A DNA stretch of 64,000 bases from Lophium mytilinum (taxonomy: Eukaryota). Below are positions 36,067-47,260 of this stretch, in pieces; the first letter of the stretch is position 1, and each line of letters begins with the position of its first letter. Below the pieces are notes generated by a model that did no database searches, was not told the origin of the DNA, and saw only the letters and a program-made list of their open reading frames with translations. Location: assembly GCA_010093605.1 (NCBI GenBank), contig MU004191.1, positions 1,472,816-1,536,815 of the forward strand, in the 5' to 3' direction. A program made the position numbers and the translations under genes.

Positions 36067-36741
36067 CTATCTCCTTTCCTCTACTCTCCCCTCAATCAAC
36101 CTCGCTATCTCTACCTGCCATTCCCCCCATCGCGACAAAGACTCCAGCCACCACAAACCACACTGCACCAGCCTCAGCTTTACCTCCCTTCTCCTCAGCC
36201 TCTTCAGCAGCCGGAACTGTTCCATCCCCTCTAGCTCCTCTACCCGGGGCAACCGCGACTCAACCGGATCTCCCGGCTTCTCCGAGACCAGTCTACCAGT
36301 AACATATATCTCGATCTCTCTCAGACTCTCAAACTCTTCTAGAACCGCATGATCTTCTTCAACGCTCCATCCCGCTCCGGGTCCCGAAGAGCATCGGACT
36401 AGAGTGTAGGTGATACGCACGCTGCGGATGCACTTCTTTTCGATGCTCCCGAGGCAGGCAATGAAGGTGGGGAAGATGCGGGGTCGTGGCACGCAGATGA
36501 GGCGGGTGGTGTAGAGGAGGGAGAGGACTTCGTGGCGGAGTTGGCGCGAGACGGCGCGGAGGGGAATGGTGGGAAGGTAGGTAGGAAGGTGTAGGATTGT
36601 TGATGGGATGAGGTGGTCGAGATAGAGGGTGTAGATGTAGTTGCGGAGTTCGGGAGGGAGGGACAGGAGCGGGCAGTGAGTATTATGTTCGGGTTTACTT
36701 GACGCATTATTGTTTGCTTCGAAGGCGTGGTGTTGATTCAT
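36067..36741 (-). CDS. F-box-like domain protein (lineage-variable fungal family)
   Basis: CPLLSLPPELRNYIYTLYL followed by LRAVSRQLRHEVLSLLY, the common signature of ascomycete F-box-like proteins. The start codon is uncertain. Confidence 0.7.
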   Translation of the reverse strand: MNQHHAFEANNNASSKPEHNTHCPLLSLPPELRNYIYTLYLDHLIPSTILHLPTYLPTIPLRAVSRQLRHEVLSLLYTTRLICVPRPRIFPTFIACLGSIEKKCIRSVRITYTLVRCSSGPGAGWSVEEDHAVLEEFESLREIEIYVTGRLVSEKPGDPVESRLPRVEELEGMEQFRLLKRLRRREVKLRLVQCGLWWLESLSRWGEWQVEIARLIEGRVEERR

Positions 36742-37036
36742 GATTGACGTTCTTTTACTTGGTTGGTAGTTGCTTTTGAATAGCTTCATAAGTGAAGAAT
36801 ACTGCGGAATGGTGTGAACGAGCAGTCCAAGCTTTCGAGAAAAAGAGGGTCGCTTACAGCACGTCGAGAGGAGAAATATCAAGGCAAAAGCAAACAGAGT
36901 GTGTGGCGTAGATGGCGTTAAACTAGATGGTATGGAGCTGAAACCTTGGCATATAAGGCAGCCACTTCGTATCGGTGCTCAGCTGCGGAGTCAACCCCTA
37001 TTCACGATCCTCAACAGCAGTGTCAAATTCAGATTG

Positions 37037-38469
37037 ATGGAGCCACTTGAAAAGGAGAGCCCGCAGAATATCAATGAGAGGAGCGGCAAAGGACACATGA
37101 TCCGCACAAAATGTCCTGGCTGCGGCAAGTTAAAGACGGAGGAGGAAAGAATTGAAGATGGATGTCTCAGGGCGGTGACCTTGGAGGATGGATCTAAGTC
37201 TTTCGCTGATTTGGGTCTGAAGGACGAACTTCTCCGAGGTGAGCTGGATCATTATTCGTATTGACAAAATGTCTGAACAATAAGGCAGGAATCGAAGCTT
37301 TTGGGTAAGCTAACATACCCTATCATGTACTTCGTTATCTTGTCTCAAAACTCACCTCCAAGTCTATCTGAGCCTTCCGAAATCCAACAACTCGCTATCC
37401 CCTCGCTCCTCCAACGTACGTTCACTTGCCCTTCCCTCGCACGCTGGGCATGAAAAAAGTGGCACACTTACCAAGATTTATCTTTTGCGGTCGTGCGTAC
37501 ACATGTCTGCCACTGCTTGGAGTGCTTCAAGGTTTCCAGATAGCCCAAAGCTAAGACGTTCTACCTCTTTTGCATTTCAAATGATGTATTGAAGCACCCC
37601 AAACAGCGGCAGACAAGTGTATAAGAGGCAAATGTGGGTTGAGTGTGCCACCTTTTTCATGCCCCGCGTGTCTCGTACCCTCACTCAACCCCATCAGGTG
37701 ACTCTATGCACATCCGCCACTTCTCCAAATCCGGCAAATCCCTCGCACTCGCCATCTCCGCTCTCCAACTCATAGATACCACCATCCCCTTCTTCCAAGT
37801 CGTCATCCTCGTTGCTCCCCACTTCAAACTTGAAGTACTTGCCGATGAGATGCAACAGCTCGCAGCTTTTATGCCGGACATCAAAACACTAGCGATTTCA
37901 AGCCCACCAAACATCCGCGTTGTGGCAGAGAAAATGCGAGCAGGTCCGCATCACATCCTCATAGCCAGCCCGTGGAAATTCAGGTATTTCGCGGAGACGG
38001 GGGGTCCAATGGATAGCTGGGAGATTCAGGGATTGGGAATGGATTTTAGTAAGGTGAAGTATGTAATGTTTGACGATATTACGGAGATGGCGGTAAGTCT
38101 GTGACTTCAGTCCGGTTTAGTTGTCGAGGATAACGAGATCTGATGCCGTCAAAGTACTCATCGGTCACTGGAGACGAACGATACAGGGGCTTTGTGAAAA
38201 CTATAGCTGAGAACTTGAACACCGACGTCAACATCGTCACCACAAATTGCACTACGGAATCCGAGTTCGAGGAGGCTTTGTCGGCTTTTCGCAAATGTCC
38301 GAGGAAAGTGATTGCCGCCAGGGCAACTTGGTATAGTGAGACACTCCCAGTATATACGTTGAGGGAGGAAGCACGACGAGACCACTTGATGAAAGGAAAG
38401 AGTCCGGGTGGTTACCGGTTCGGAAATGCGTTACCGCCTGATGTGAAGCCAGAGGCTTCGAACTGCTAA
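37037..38469 (+). CDS. Degenerate eIF4A-like single RecA-domain (pseudo-DEAD-box) protein
   Basis: Five exons join in frame (introns 37239-37288, 37305-37362, 37416-37697, 38093-38154). Product includes SFADLGLKDELLRGIEAFGLSEPSEIQQLAI (Q-motif), SKSGKS, LQLIDT, HILIASPWKF and VKYVMFDDITEM. Confidence 0.75.
37439..37671. repeat. Foldback inverted repeat / putative MITE inside intron 3 of the pseudo-DEAD gene
   Basis: 37439-37469 pairs with 37641-37671, and 37498-37530 pairs with 37589-37621 (33 bp, 4 mismatches). Confidence 0.8.
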
Positions 38470-39019
38470 ATTTTCAGTCTTAGGCCACAAGTCTGGGCAC
38501 ACTCGGTTATAACTGGCCCACTCAATACCACTATAAGGGGTGGCCTAGTTGCTACGCAGGCGGTGAGTCAAGAGGCAGTCTAATCTACATTCTTTGAAGC
38601 TTGACATCGCCCTTGAGCCCTTGAGATCCTGTGGGGGTACCCCAAGTAGTGGCATACCAGTGTGCCCAGGCTTGTGGCCTGTCACTGTAGTTGCCATCTC
38701 GTACAGAAATGAAACCAGTATTACCACGAGGCAGACTATAGTAAACTTCACATCCAGCCCATATTTCTGGTGGCGGCACGGATTGACTTGTGACAGCCTC
38801 ACGAGGCTCGTTGAGAGAAGTGTGACTGGAGTAGATTTGAATTGATCATGACTTGCCACGTGAAGATTTGCCCATCTAGAGCTTCTGTTCACGCAGTGAA
38901 CTTATTCCAGGTCTGGCAAGTCTTGTTGCCCTCACCATACGCAATCCCAAACTCCGAGAATATGATATCAACCCGGCAAGATTTTGATCTTCCAGAGAGC
39001 AGCAGCTAAAGCCGTAGAC

Positions 39020-39978
39020 TCAAGACCTCGCCCGGAACTCATCCCACATGTTGTACATCCGGGCGGCCTGTCCAGGCGTGAAGTTCGTCATGCACGGATC
39101 GTTAGAGTAGTCCATGTAGTTGTGCACAGGATCCAAACCCGGCGATGGGCATGAATCACGGGGAGGGTTGAAATCGCAGCCCCCGGCGTAGGATGCTTCC
39201 GCAGGAGTGTCGTCGACCGAGTCGCCAGTGCCGTCACAGCCGCCGTCGAAGGTGTGCATGACGCCTAGCCAATGCCCGATCTCGTGCGTGGCCACCTTGC
39301 CCTCGTTCCAACCGGCGAAGCTGCCACCAGGGACAGTGCTTTGGTAGGATAAAGCGTTAGCATAGCTAGTCCAGCTATTATAGAGAGGCACAGAAACTTA
39401 CTTGTAGCGGACGCATACTCCATCGAGAAAGAAGCCGTCCGAGTTAGGATCGACGCGGGATGGGTAATACGCATAACCAAAGAGGTTCGGGATTTGTTGC
39501 TGAAGGTAAAGGTTGAGCACTTTGTAACTGCCCTTCCGCAAAGCCTTCTTCATCGCAAGCGCTGTGCTGCCCTCACCCGACGTAGCCCAGGCTTGGTTGA
39601 CAGTCCTATCTATTCCGACTAGCGCGAAGGAGATTCCGTGGGGTGCGTAGTAGGCGTTCAAGGCGTTGATCTGGTCATGGATCATGTTGTCTGGCAGGTT
39701 CCCATCGTCAAGAGATTGACCGACTGAGACGACATGGACATATACGTCGATCCCGAATGAGTCAACCTGCGAAATTCGTCCACTCCGCTCCTGGACGTTC
39801 ATTTCGTTGGCTGCCTCGATGAAGGCCTCTGAAGCGTGAGTGCCGCAGTCGAGGCCATGGACTGGTCACATTAGTAGCGATTCTTGAGCTAGTGTTTTGG
39901 GCATCGAGAATAATTACCCAGGTCGCACATGAACGACAGAGCTGCAAGCCAGACGACGGCAATGATAGTGGAACGCAT
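39020..39978 (-). CDS. Secreted M43 (pappalysin/ulilysin-like) zinc metalloprotease
   Basis: Signal peptide, CGT cysteine-switch, HEIGHWLGVMHTF zinc motif, NYMDYS Met-turn, FTPGQ. Two introns. Confidence 0.92.
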
Positions 39979-40739
39979 CTTGACTCGGTGTTTCCGATAT
40001 GCTAGCTATTGCCTCTATTAGCTCGAGACAACGAGAGAGTTTTTGTTTTGGGACAGGTGTCTCCTTCAGACACTCAAAGCTAAAACTTTAAAACTTGAGA
40101 AATGGCTTCACTTACAGTCCTTGAGGGCGCATATATAGCGGAATTATCCAGATAGACTTGAATCTGTGGAAGACGAATCTTGTCGGCGTGGTGAGGTGGA
40201 GGAAGGGGGGTGGTGTGGATGTTGTGGGTAGAAGTAGGAAGGAGCGGACTAGCGCAGAGAAGTAAGTGAACGACCACAGCTGGCCACCGGCAGCAATGGG
40301 ACTTATCGCCAGCCGACCGAGCAATGAACGCCTGGACTCGGCTATTGGAAGGGACGTGGAATAGTTCACGAGATAGAAGTATACTTCATTGCCGCTAGGT
40401 CAGGAGGTCACAGACACTTTAACAGTCAGGAGCAAGTATACCAATGTGCCTTACGAGTACCGGCAGATGATACCATCTGAAATGGCATGGGAAACTTACA
40501 AGTTTGCTCAATTGCAACTCTTTGAGGTCCCGGAAACCGTGTCGGAGCATGAGAGAGCTTCAAACAGTGACACTCAAGCATACGTGATCACGTCCCGATT
40601 CTTTACGTCACGATCTGGAAAAGAATAAGGACGGTAGCGAATGTTTATATAGACAGTTGAGTTGAAATCATCAAAAGTGGGTACAAAACTAATAGCAACG
40701 AAGGTAAGAAGAGAATACTCCACTGATAATCAACGAAAC

Positions 40740-41783
40740 CTATCGCTGGAATATGTGCGCACTCTGGTACTTCTCCGGATCTCTTGCAGGTAATGAAGTA
40801 CTCTTCGCAGGATACGCACTGAAAATGTAGGTTGCCAACACGAAAATCTCAAGGACACCAGTAACAATAGAAATATAGAAAGCGGCATTCTGATACAACT
40901 TAATCAGCATATTTACAAACTTGCAGACAAGAAAGTTTGGAGCGCGTACCTGTTCTTTACAAACTGTTCGATATTCATTTCTACCGGCCCCCAGCGTATT
41001 CATGTTCTTGCAGGCGAACGTGCCCAAGCTAGTACTGCTATCCGAGTCCAGCGCCTTGTAAGCAGCGCAGGCCGTTGCCCATGCAATCACGATATAGGCG
41101 CCAGTTGCTACCCGAAACCTATCGCGGCCTCCCATTGGCAAGCTAAATTGTTTCTTGACCGAGCAGACAAGGATTGTGACCGCGAGCAATGAGTTGACGA
41201 ATGCGATCGAGAACAGGACGTAGGTCGCAGTAGCGTCTATACGACTGGGCCATGGCGTTGAGAGTTGGCCTTTCGAAACAATGGTATTCGACTTGCGTAA
41301 GGCGTCTAGTGTGTGTGCTAGTAGGCCTACTACGGCTGCGCCAAGCACTATAGTGGTAATGCGAAGAATGCATCGGAGAATGGAATGCCATGTCAAGTTC
41401 AAGGGCATGTGTTGTCTAGCCTGCTCTGAGGGTTTGGATGCAGTAGTTTCGCGATACGAGTCCTCGACGAAAGGCACAGAAGGATAGAAAGGCGGAGACA
41501 CTGGCCCACTAATTGAAAGCTTTGATAGCTTTGGTTTCGAGGATATTGACTTCGTCAATTCGCGGCGGTGGTTGATATTCGTCTTCGAAACGGTATATGC
41601 GGGTGGTGGTCTGGTCATAGTATCAATGTTGGCCACGGGAGGACTATAGGCCCTCCGCTCTTCGCTGGAGCTCCTAGACCCAGGGTGATTGCGATAGGTG
41701 GAGGGAAATGGAAGATATTGGGGATGAGGTGAAGACTTGGCTTGAACTGGAGATACGATAGACATGGGCCGCGGGAGAGACAT
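40740..41783 (-). CDS. Four-TM MARVEL-like membrane protein
   Basis: S/P-rich N-terminus, then four hydrophobic helices starting ILRITTIVLG. Likely 60-nt intron at 40890-40949. Confidence 0.6.
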   Translation of the reverse strand: MSLPRPMSIVSPVQAKSSPHPQYLPFPSTYRNHPGSRSSSEERRAYSPPVANIDTMTRPPPAYTVSKTNINHRRELTKSISSKPKLSKLSISGPVSPPFYPSVPFVEDSYRETTASKPSEQARQHMPLNLTWHSILRCILRITTIVLGAAVVGLLAHTLDALRKSNTIVSKGQLSTPWPSRIDATATYVLFSIAFVNSLLAVTILVCSVKKQFSLPMGGRDRFRVATGAYIVIAWATACAAYKALDSDSSTSLGTFACKNMNTLGAGRNEYRTVCKEQVRAPNFLVCKFVNMLIKLYQNAAFYISIVTGVLEIFVLATYIFSAYPAKSTSLPARDPEKYQSAHIFQR

Positions 41784-42831
41784 GATGGAAATAGATTAAC
41801 TCGAGAGCTTTGAAACTAAGCTAACAGTATTTATACGGCAGCGGGAAAGCGAACACACAGGAGACTGAGGTATTCAGCTTTTAATTGAAGGGAATTTTGA
41901 CAGATATACCATTGGCGAAGGATCGAGCGGCGTGGAATACCCCTGCCGGTACGCTGCACCACCAACATATTCATGTGCATGAGACCAAGATCTATTAGGG
42001 AACGGAAAGGCTGAGCAGGATCGTTCGCATGGTAGTTTGGGTTCTCTGGTATGCCTGAGGTACCGGCTCGGTCCGAGTTCGTGAGCGTTTGTGGTGGGGG
42101 CAGGGCAAAAATAGCCGCTGTGCGACGAGGCTGAGCCCCCTGCGATGTTTCAAGTCCAACAAACACCAACAGATGTTCCGGAATGGTACCTCGCCGCGAG
42201 CGTACAGTTCTTAGCCTTCTGTGCCACTCGAAAAGCTCGAAAAGAACTTGAGCCACGGGCTTCCGCCCCATCTTGTGCCCCTAGCACCCGCGCCATGTGC
42301 ATATGGGCGGCTGCTGAGAACTGTCCTCTTCGGTGCAAGCTGGCGCGGCAACGCAACGGCAGTGCAAGGCTGAATCAATGAAATGAATAGGAAACAGTCG
42401 GTTGAAACTATGTTCAGATAATGGCGATGTAGCAAAGAGGCTGTGTGGGTGTAGTGGGAAGGGGGTTCAATAATCACTTAGTTACAATTGAGGAAGAGCC
42501 CTCTGTGCGTATCCCCGGCGGTGGCGGAGAATAGATTAAGACAGATTGTTGGATCCTAAAAACAGTCTCTGTACCGTGCTGGAGATGTGCTTTTGGGTTC
42601 GCGACTGATAATTTGTAATCAACCGGAGACCGACCTTGTACGAACTACAGATCAGAATAGTTCTTGTTAGAGTAGCTCTAGCGCATGCTAATTCGCTTGA
42701 TTTCTGATCCGCTCAAGACTGCGGGCGGCGTATGATGCGGTGGAGGTGTAGAAGAGGGGTGCATGCCATATTGATCGCAGAAGAAATGAAGTGCATGACG
42801 GGAAAGACTCGTAGAAATGGACAACCTCATC

Positions 42832-45800
42832 TCATCCGCCGCCACTACCAAATAGCTTTTGCCTCCTCTTCCGATAGAAGCTAGCCAGCATCTTTCTTCG
42901 CTCCTCTTGCGTCATACTTTCAACCGCCAGTGCAAAGTCCACTGGACTATCACACCCCGCAAACCTCGCAATCTCGCAAAACTGCCTGATCCTGACCTGC
43001 TCTGGCGGCTTGTACCTGTAGCTGACCTTGAGCTCTTGAACATCCGAGTCCATATCACTATCTTCAATCTCTTCTTTTCCATCCTCATCCAGGGCCTGCG
43101 TTTGCGACACTTGAAACACCTTTCTCGACCCCAGCTCGATGTCATTTGCTAGCTCGCGTGCTTTGCGGCTCAATTTTGCTTCGACCTTACTTTGGCCGAT
43201 GACCTCAGAGTTCTCGTGGGTGTACTCGACGCCTGCGCGAGCTAGGATGGCTTTTATGGGGTCAGGGCCGTGCTTGGATCTCTTGTTCTTTCGGCCTCTC
43301 GTCTCGCCAGCACTGATGAAGGCCTGCGCGAACTTCTTAATTTGGCTATTTGACTTAGCAGAAGCGTCATCGTCGTCTTCTTTGAACACTGCGTCACTAA
43401 AGACGCTTTCGTCATCGTCGTCCTCGTCGTCACTGTTAGGCTCTAGATCGACGCCGACGACACTGACTCCGGCCTTGACTTCTGCGAGGTTCGTCTTGTT
43501 GACGATGTCTCGGAGGACGTATCCATCGTTTTGGAAAGCAAATAGATTTTTCATTCCAAAGATTTCTCCTTTCTTGCCTTTCTCGCCATCCACACCGCGG
43601 AAGTATCTTCGCTCTACACTAGCTGTGTATCCGATGTTGGCTTGTTGCTGCTTGTAGATCTGCCGCGCATATACGATTTCCTCGATCGTGCCCGCCGACA
43701 CAAGCCGGAATACCTCAACGTCTCGTGTCTGTCCAATGCGGTATGCGCGGTCCTGTGCCTGTAGGTCGTAGGAAGGGTTCCAGTTGGGATCCATGACAAC
43801 GACTTTGTTTGCAGAGGTGATATTTAGACCAACACCGCCGGCGCGAGTACTGATGAGGAATACAAAGCGGCTCGGATCGGCGTTGAAGTCTGCGACTGCT
43901 TTGGCGCGGTCATCGTAGCTCATGCTACCGTCTAGGTATGAGAAATTGTACTGCGTTCCGTCGATATCAAAGAGGGCCTTCAGCATTCGAAGCAGACGGA
44001 CAGAGTGCGAGAAAACAAGGACTTTGTCTCCGTTCGAATGCCAGAATTCCAGTAACTTCTTCAGAACCTTCCACTTGCCGCAAAACGCACGACGAGAGTA
44101 ATTCAATAAGCTGTCCTTGTTGCGATAGAGTTCCTTCCACTCATCGGGCATGGCGATTTGGAGGATATCTAGATCTTTGGATTGTTTTTCTGGGGGATCT
44201 GTACCGGACGGTAGTAATTGGGCAAGGTGGTTTGCGATTTTCTGGATGATTATCATGGCGGGAAAGGCAAGGTTCTTCCAGGGGCCGTGACCGGGAACGT
44301 TTATATAGCAACACCAACCGCGCTTCTTACCGCTGTCGCAATCGCACATATCGGATGAGCGACTGATGTACTCCACCATCTCACTGTTGACGAAATTTTC
44401 ATACGCTGTTGCTTGCATATCTGTGAGTGGACAGAACACCACTCTGTCGCTCTTTTTGGGAAGCTGGTCTGCTATGAGTGTCTTCATCCGGCGAAGAAAT
44501 ACATTCGGAAGGACGTCCTTGACGAGCTTCTCTGCGGTCCTCCGGGCTTTGGCAAGTTGATCGTTCGTCGCGTCATGCGCCTGGCCAACCTTGAGAGGAT
44601 CACTGATTTCGTACTTCCACTCAGTGCGCGTGCGGAACTGCCCAGGATTGGACCAATTGAGGAGAGTCCAAAGCTCCTCATACTTGTTCTGAATAGCAGT
44701 GCCAGTGAGACCGATGCGACAAAGAGCGTTTACCTCATTCATTGCCTTGGTGACGCCGGAGCTTCGAGATTTGATAGTATGGCACTCGTCTGCTATTACG
44801 CAGTCCCAGTCGATGGTATTTATAGAACTACTGTTGATCCGGTATGTTGAGTAGGTGGTAATCATGATCTCCAATCTTCCCCTTCTCGCAGCTTGCAGAG
44901 CAGCTTCTCGATCGCTTGGTTGTCCGTGGTAGACATCGACCTGCCACCAGCCCCATCTGTCCAATTCATCTTGCCAGTTTTGCATGAGACTTCCCGGACA
45001 AACGACCAAGACTCTAGGATACCATCGGTCATCGTTCATACGGCGAACCCTTCGCATCCTCTTCTTATCGCGCTCATCTCCCGTCTTGCCAAACGCAGCT
45101 GTGAGAAAAGCAATAACTTGAATCGTTTTGCCCAATCCCATATCATCACCCAACACTGCGCCTCTTTGGCGAACAAAGGCTTCGTGGAGGAACTCCGCGC
45201 CTACGACCTGGTAGTCCCGCAACCAGCGAGCAATCGGCGCAGGTATGATGCCGCCTGTGCGATCCATGAGGATGTCTTCATTTGCCCTCTGAGGTTTGAC
45301 ATCTTTCATCCTAGGCTTCTTCTGCAAGCGACTTTCATCGTCCTCGGAAAACTCAACATCTTCGTAATCCGGTGCAAACCTGAACGCAGAGCCCCAATTC
45401 TTCGCCTGCGTCCTATCAAACTTGGTTTTCCGGTTCTGGACATATTCGGGCGCATCGTTCGGAAGTTCGTCTTCAGAGGATGGCGCCGAGTCCGAATCCA
45501 TTCCAAACTCCTTTCTCCTCTTGCGGTCATCTGGAGTCTCATCTCTCATGAGTTTCTTCGGCTTTCGCCCAACAATAGCCGTCTTGTTGGATGCCCGCTT
45601 CGAGACTGCTGCTTTAGCTTTACGTGTGTCGGCTGCGACTTTCTTCCGCTGGACGGTTTTACGGTTTCTGAAGGCGTTGTAGGCAGCCTCGGGGTCCTCG
45701 CTTTCATAAGCCTCTGAAGCAGACTCTGCCACTTTGGCCTTGACTTTCCCTTTTCTTTTACTTCTGTTTGCAGCACGCTTTGTAGGCAAGATCTCATCAT

Positions 45801-46050
45801 CGTCGGACCATTCCACTCTCACCCTTTTGGGCGGTCCCTGTGAGGGGTCTGACGTTGCTTCATCTCGTGACTTGTCGTCTTCATCGTCTTGGGTAGTATC
45901 TGAGCCTGCGTCTACAGAAGGATGCTCACTCTGCGTTTGCGTGACATGGTCGATATACTGTGACAAATTTAACTGAGCTCTGCTTGTCTTGATGATGTCT
46001 AGGTCATCGCCGTCAGAGCTACTAGCATGGCTGTCTTTGTCAGTCGCCAT
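42832..46050 (-). CDS. SNF2-family DNA repair ATPase, ERCC6L2/Rad26-like
   Basis: LRDYQ, GDDMGLGKT, DECH, LTGTAIQN, QAQDRAYRIGQ and a C-terminal HENSEVIGQSK (VIGSSK-type motif). The start may be upstream at 46149. Confidence 0.9.
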   Translation of the reverse strand: MATDKDSHASSSDGDDLDIIKTSRAQLNLSQYIDHVTQTQSEHPSVDAGSDTTQDDEDDKSRDEATSDPSQGPPKRVRVEWSDDDEILPTKRAANRSKRKGKVKAKVAESASEAYESEDPEAAYNAFRNRKTVQRKKVAADTRKAKAAVSKRASNKTAIVGRKPKKLMRDETPDDRKRRKEFGMDSDSAPSSEDELPNDAPEYVQNRKTKFDRTQAKNWGSAFRFAPDYEDVEFSEDDESRLQKKPRMKDVKPQRANEDILMDRTGGIIPAPIARWLRDYQVVGAEFLHEAFVRQRGAVLGDDMGLGKTIQVIAFLTAAFGKTGDERDKKRMRRVRRMNDDRWYPRVLVVCPGSLMQNWQDELDRWGWWQVDVYHGQPSDREAALQAARRGRLEIMITTYSTYRINSSSINTIDWDCVIADECHTIKSRSSGVTKAMNEVNALCRIGLTGTAIQNKYEELWTLLNWSNPGQFRTRTEWKYEISDPLKVGQAHDATNDQLAKARRTAEKLVKDVLPNVFLRRMKTLIADQLPKKSDRVVFCPLTDMQATAYENFVNSEMVEYISRSSDMCDCDSGKKRGWCCYINVPGHGPWKNLAFPAMIIIQKIANHLAQLLPSGTDPPEKQSKDLDILQIAMPDEWKELYRNKDSLLNYSRRAFCGKWKVLKKLLEFWHSNGDKVLVFSHSVRLLRMLKALFDIDGTQYNFSYLDGSMSYDDRAKAVADFNADPSRFVFLISTRAGGVGLNITSANKVVVMDPNWNPSYDLQAQDRAYRIGQTRDVEVFRLVSAGTIEEIVYARQIYKQQQANIGYTASVERRYFRGVDGEKGKKGEIFGMKNLFAFQNDGYVLRDIVNKTNLAEVKAGVSVVGVDLEPNSDDEDDDDESVFSDAVFKEDDDDASAKSNSQIKKFAQAFISAGETRGRKNKRSKHGPDPIKAILARAGVEYTHENSEVIGQSKVEAKLSRKARELANDIELGSRKVFQVSQTQALDEDGKEEIEDSDMDSDVQELKVSYRYKPPEQVRIRQFCEIARFAGCDSPVDFALAVESMTQEERRKMLASFYRKRRQKLFGSGGG

Positions 46051-46440
46051 CTCTGTGGTGTTTAGCACTTTTGCGCTAGGTGTCCGGGAAGGCGGCCCAA
46101 ATGGATCGCCATAAATGTTGATAGTAAAACTGTCAAGTGGTGACTTCATCCACGATTCACTTTCACGTTGGTCGCGGTCGCGCGGTTGTGACTGGAGTGA
46201 ATGAGAAAGATCGCGACCCAACAACACGAAGTCACGGGGCCATTTTAAGTGCTCTCTGCGATAAGATCCACGCTAAGCCGCTAGTACGCTAGCCCCGCAC
46301 TATTGCGACCTCAAACCTAAGTTTGTAAGAGATATTCAAACACTTGCAGCACCCAGGTTGGCAGCTATAACCTCAGCTCCTCACCCGACGCTACAACAAT
46401 TACCTATGCACTTCCTGGAGTCTTCCTTAACGCTCCAGAA

Positions 46441-47260
46441 ATGCCCCTCGATACATCTACCTATGCGCTAGCTCTTCTCCGCCTCGATGGTCGTCGGTGG
46501 AATGAGCTGCGCCGCATTCACGCGCAAATATCCACACAAGCTGCCGCCGACGGATCCAGCTACCTGGAGATGGGGAACACGCAAGTGATATGCACCGTCA
46601 CAGGTCCCGCCGAGGGACGGAATACGGGCGCAGGGAGAAGCGGTGGTAAGGAAGGCGAGGCGAACCTGGAGGTTGAGATTGGGTTTGCGGGCTTCAGTGG
46701 TGTTGACAGGAAACGGAGGGGTAAAGGAGACAAGTAAGTGGTGATATGGGCTCTTCCCATTGCTCGCCTTCATTGCTAACGACTTTGTCGCACTCAGACG
46801 GACAGCGGAAATGGCTCATACCCTCTCCACGGCCTTCTCCTCGCTCATCCTCATGCACCTTTACCCCCACAGCACCATCTCCATCCATATAAACATCCTC
46901 TCGCAAGACGGCTCCATCCTCGCAGCTTGTATCAACGCCGCAACCCTCGCGTTGGTCGATGCAGGTGTCCCAATGACAGACTATCTCGTTGCCTGCACCG
47001 CCGCTTCATCGCCCACGACTTCTACATCTGCTGGTAGTGACGACGTCTCGGACCCGTTGCTTGATCTGAATGCGATGGAAGAGCAGGAGCTGCCCTTCCT
47101 GACGCTGGCCACTGTGGGAGGAGGAGAGAAAATTACTGTCCTCGTGATGGAGACACGGGTGAGGGTGGAGCGGATAGAGGGGATGCTTGCTGTAGGGATC
47201 GAAGGGTGCAAGCGGGTAAAGGATATCCTGGATGGCGTTGTCCGTGGCTTTGGAGTATGA
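46441..47260 (+). CDS. RRP41: Exosome RNase PH-like subunit
   Basis: LRLDGRRWNELR, ADGSSYLEMGNT, QDGSILAACINAATLALVDAG, DLNAMEE. Intron 46734-46797. Confidence 0.92.
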
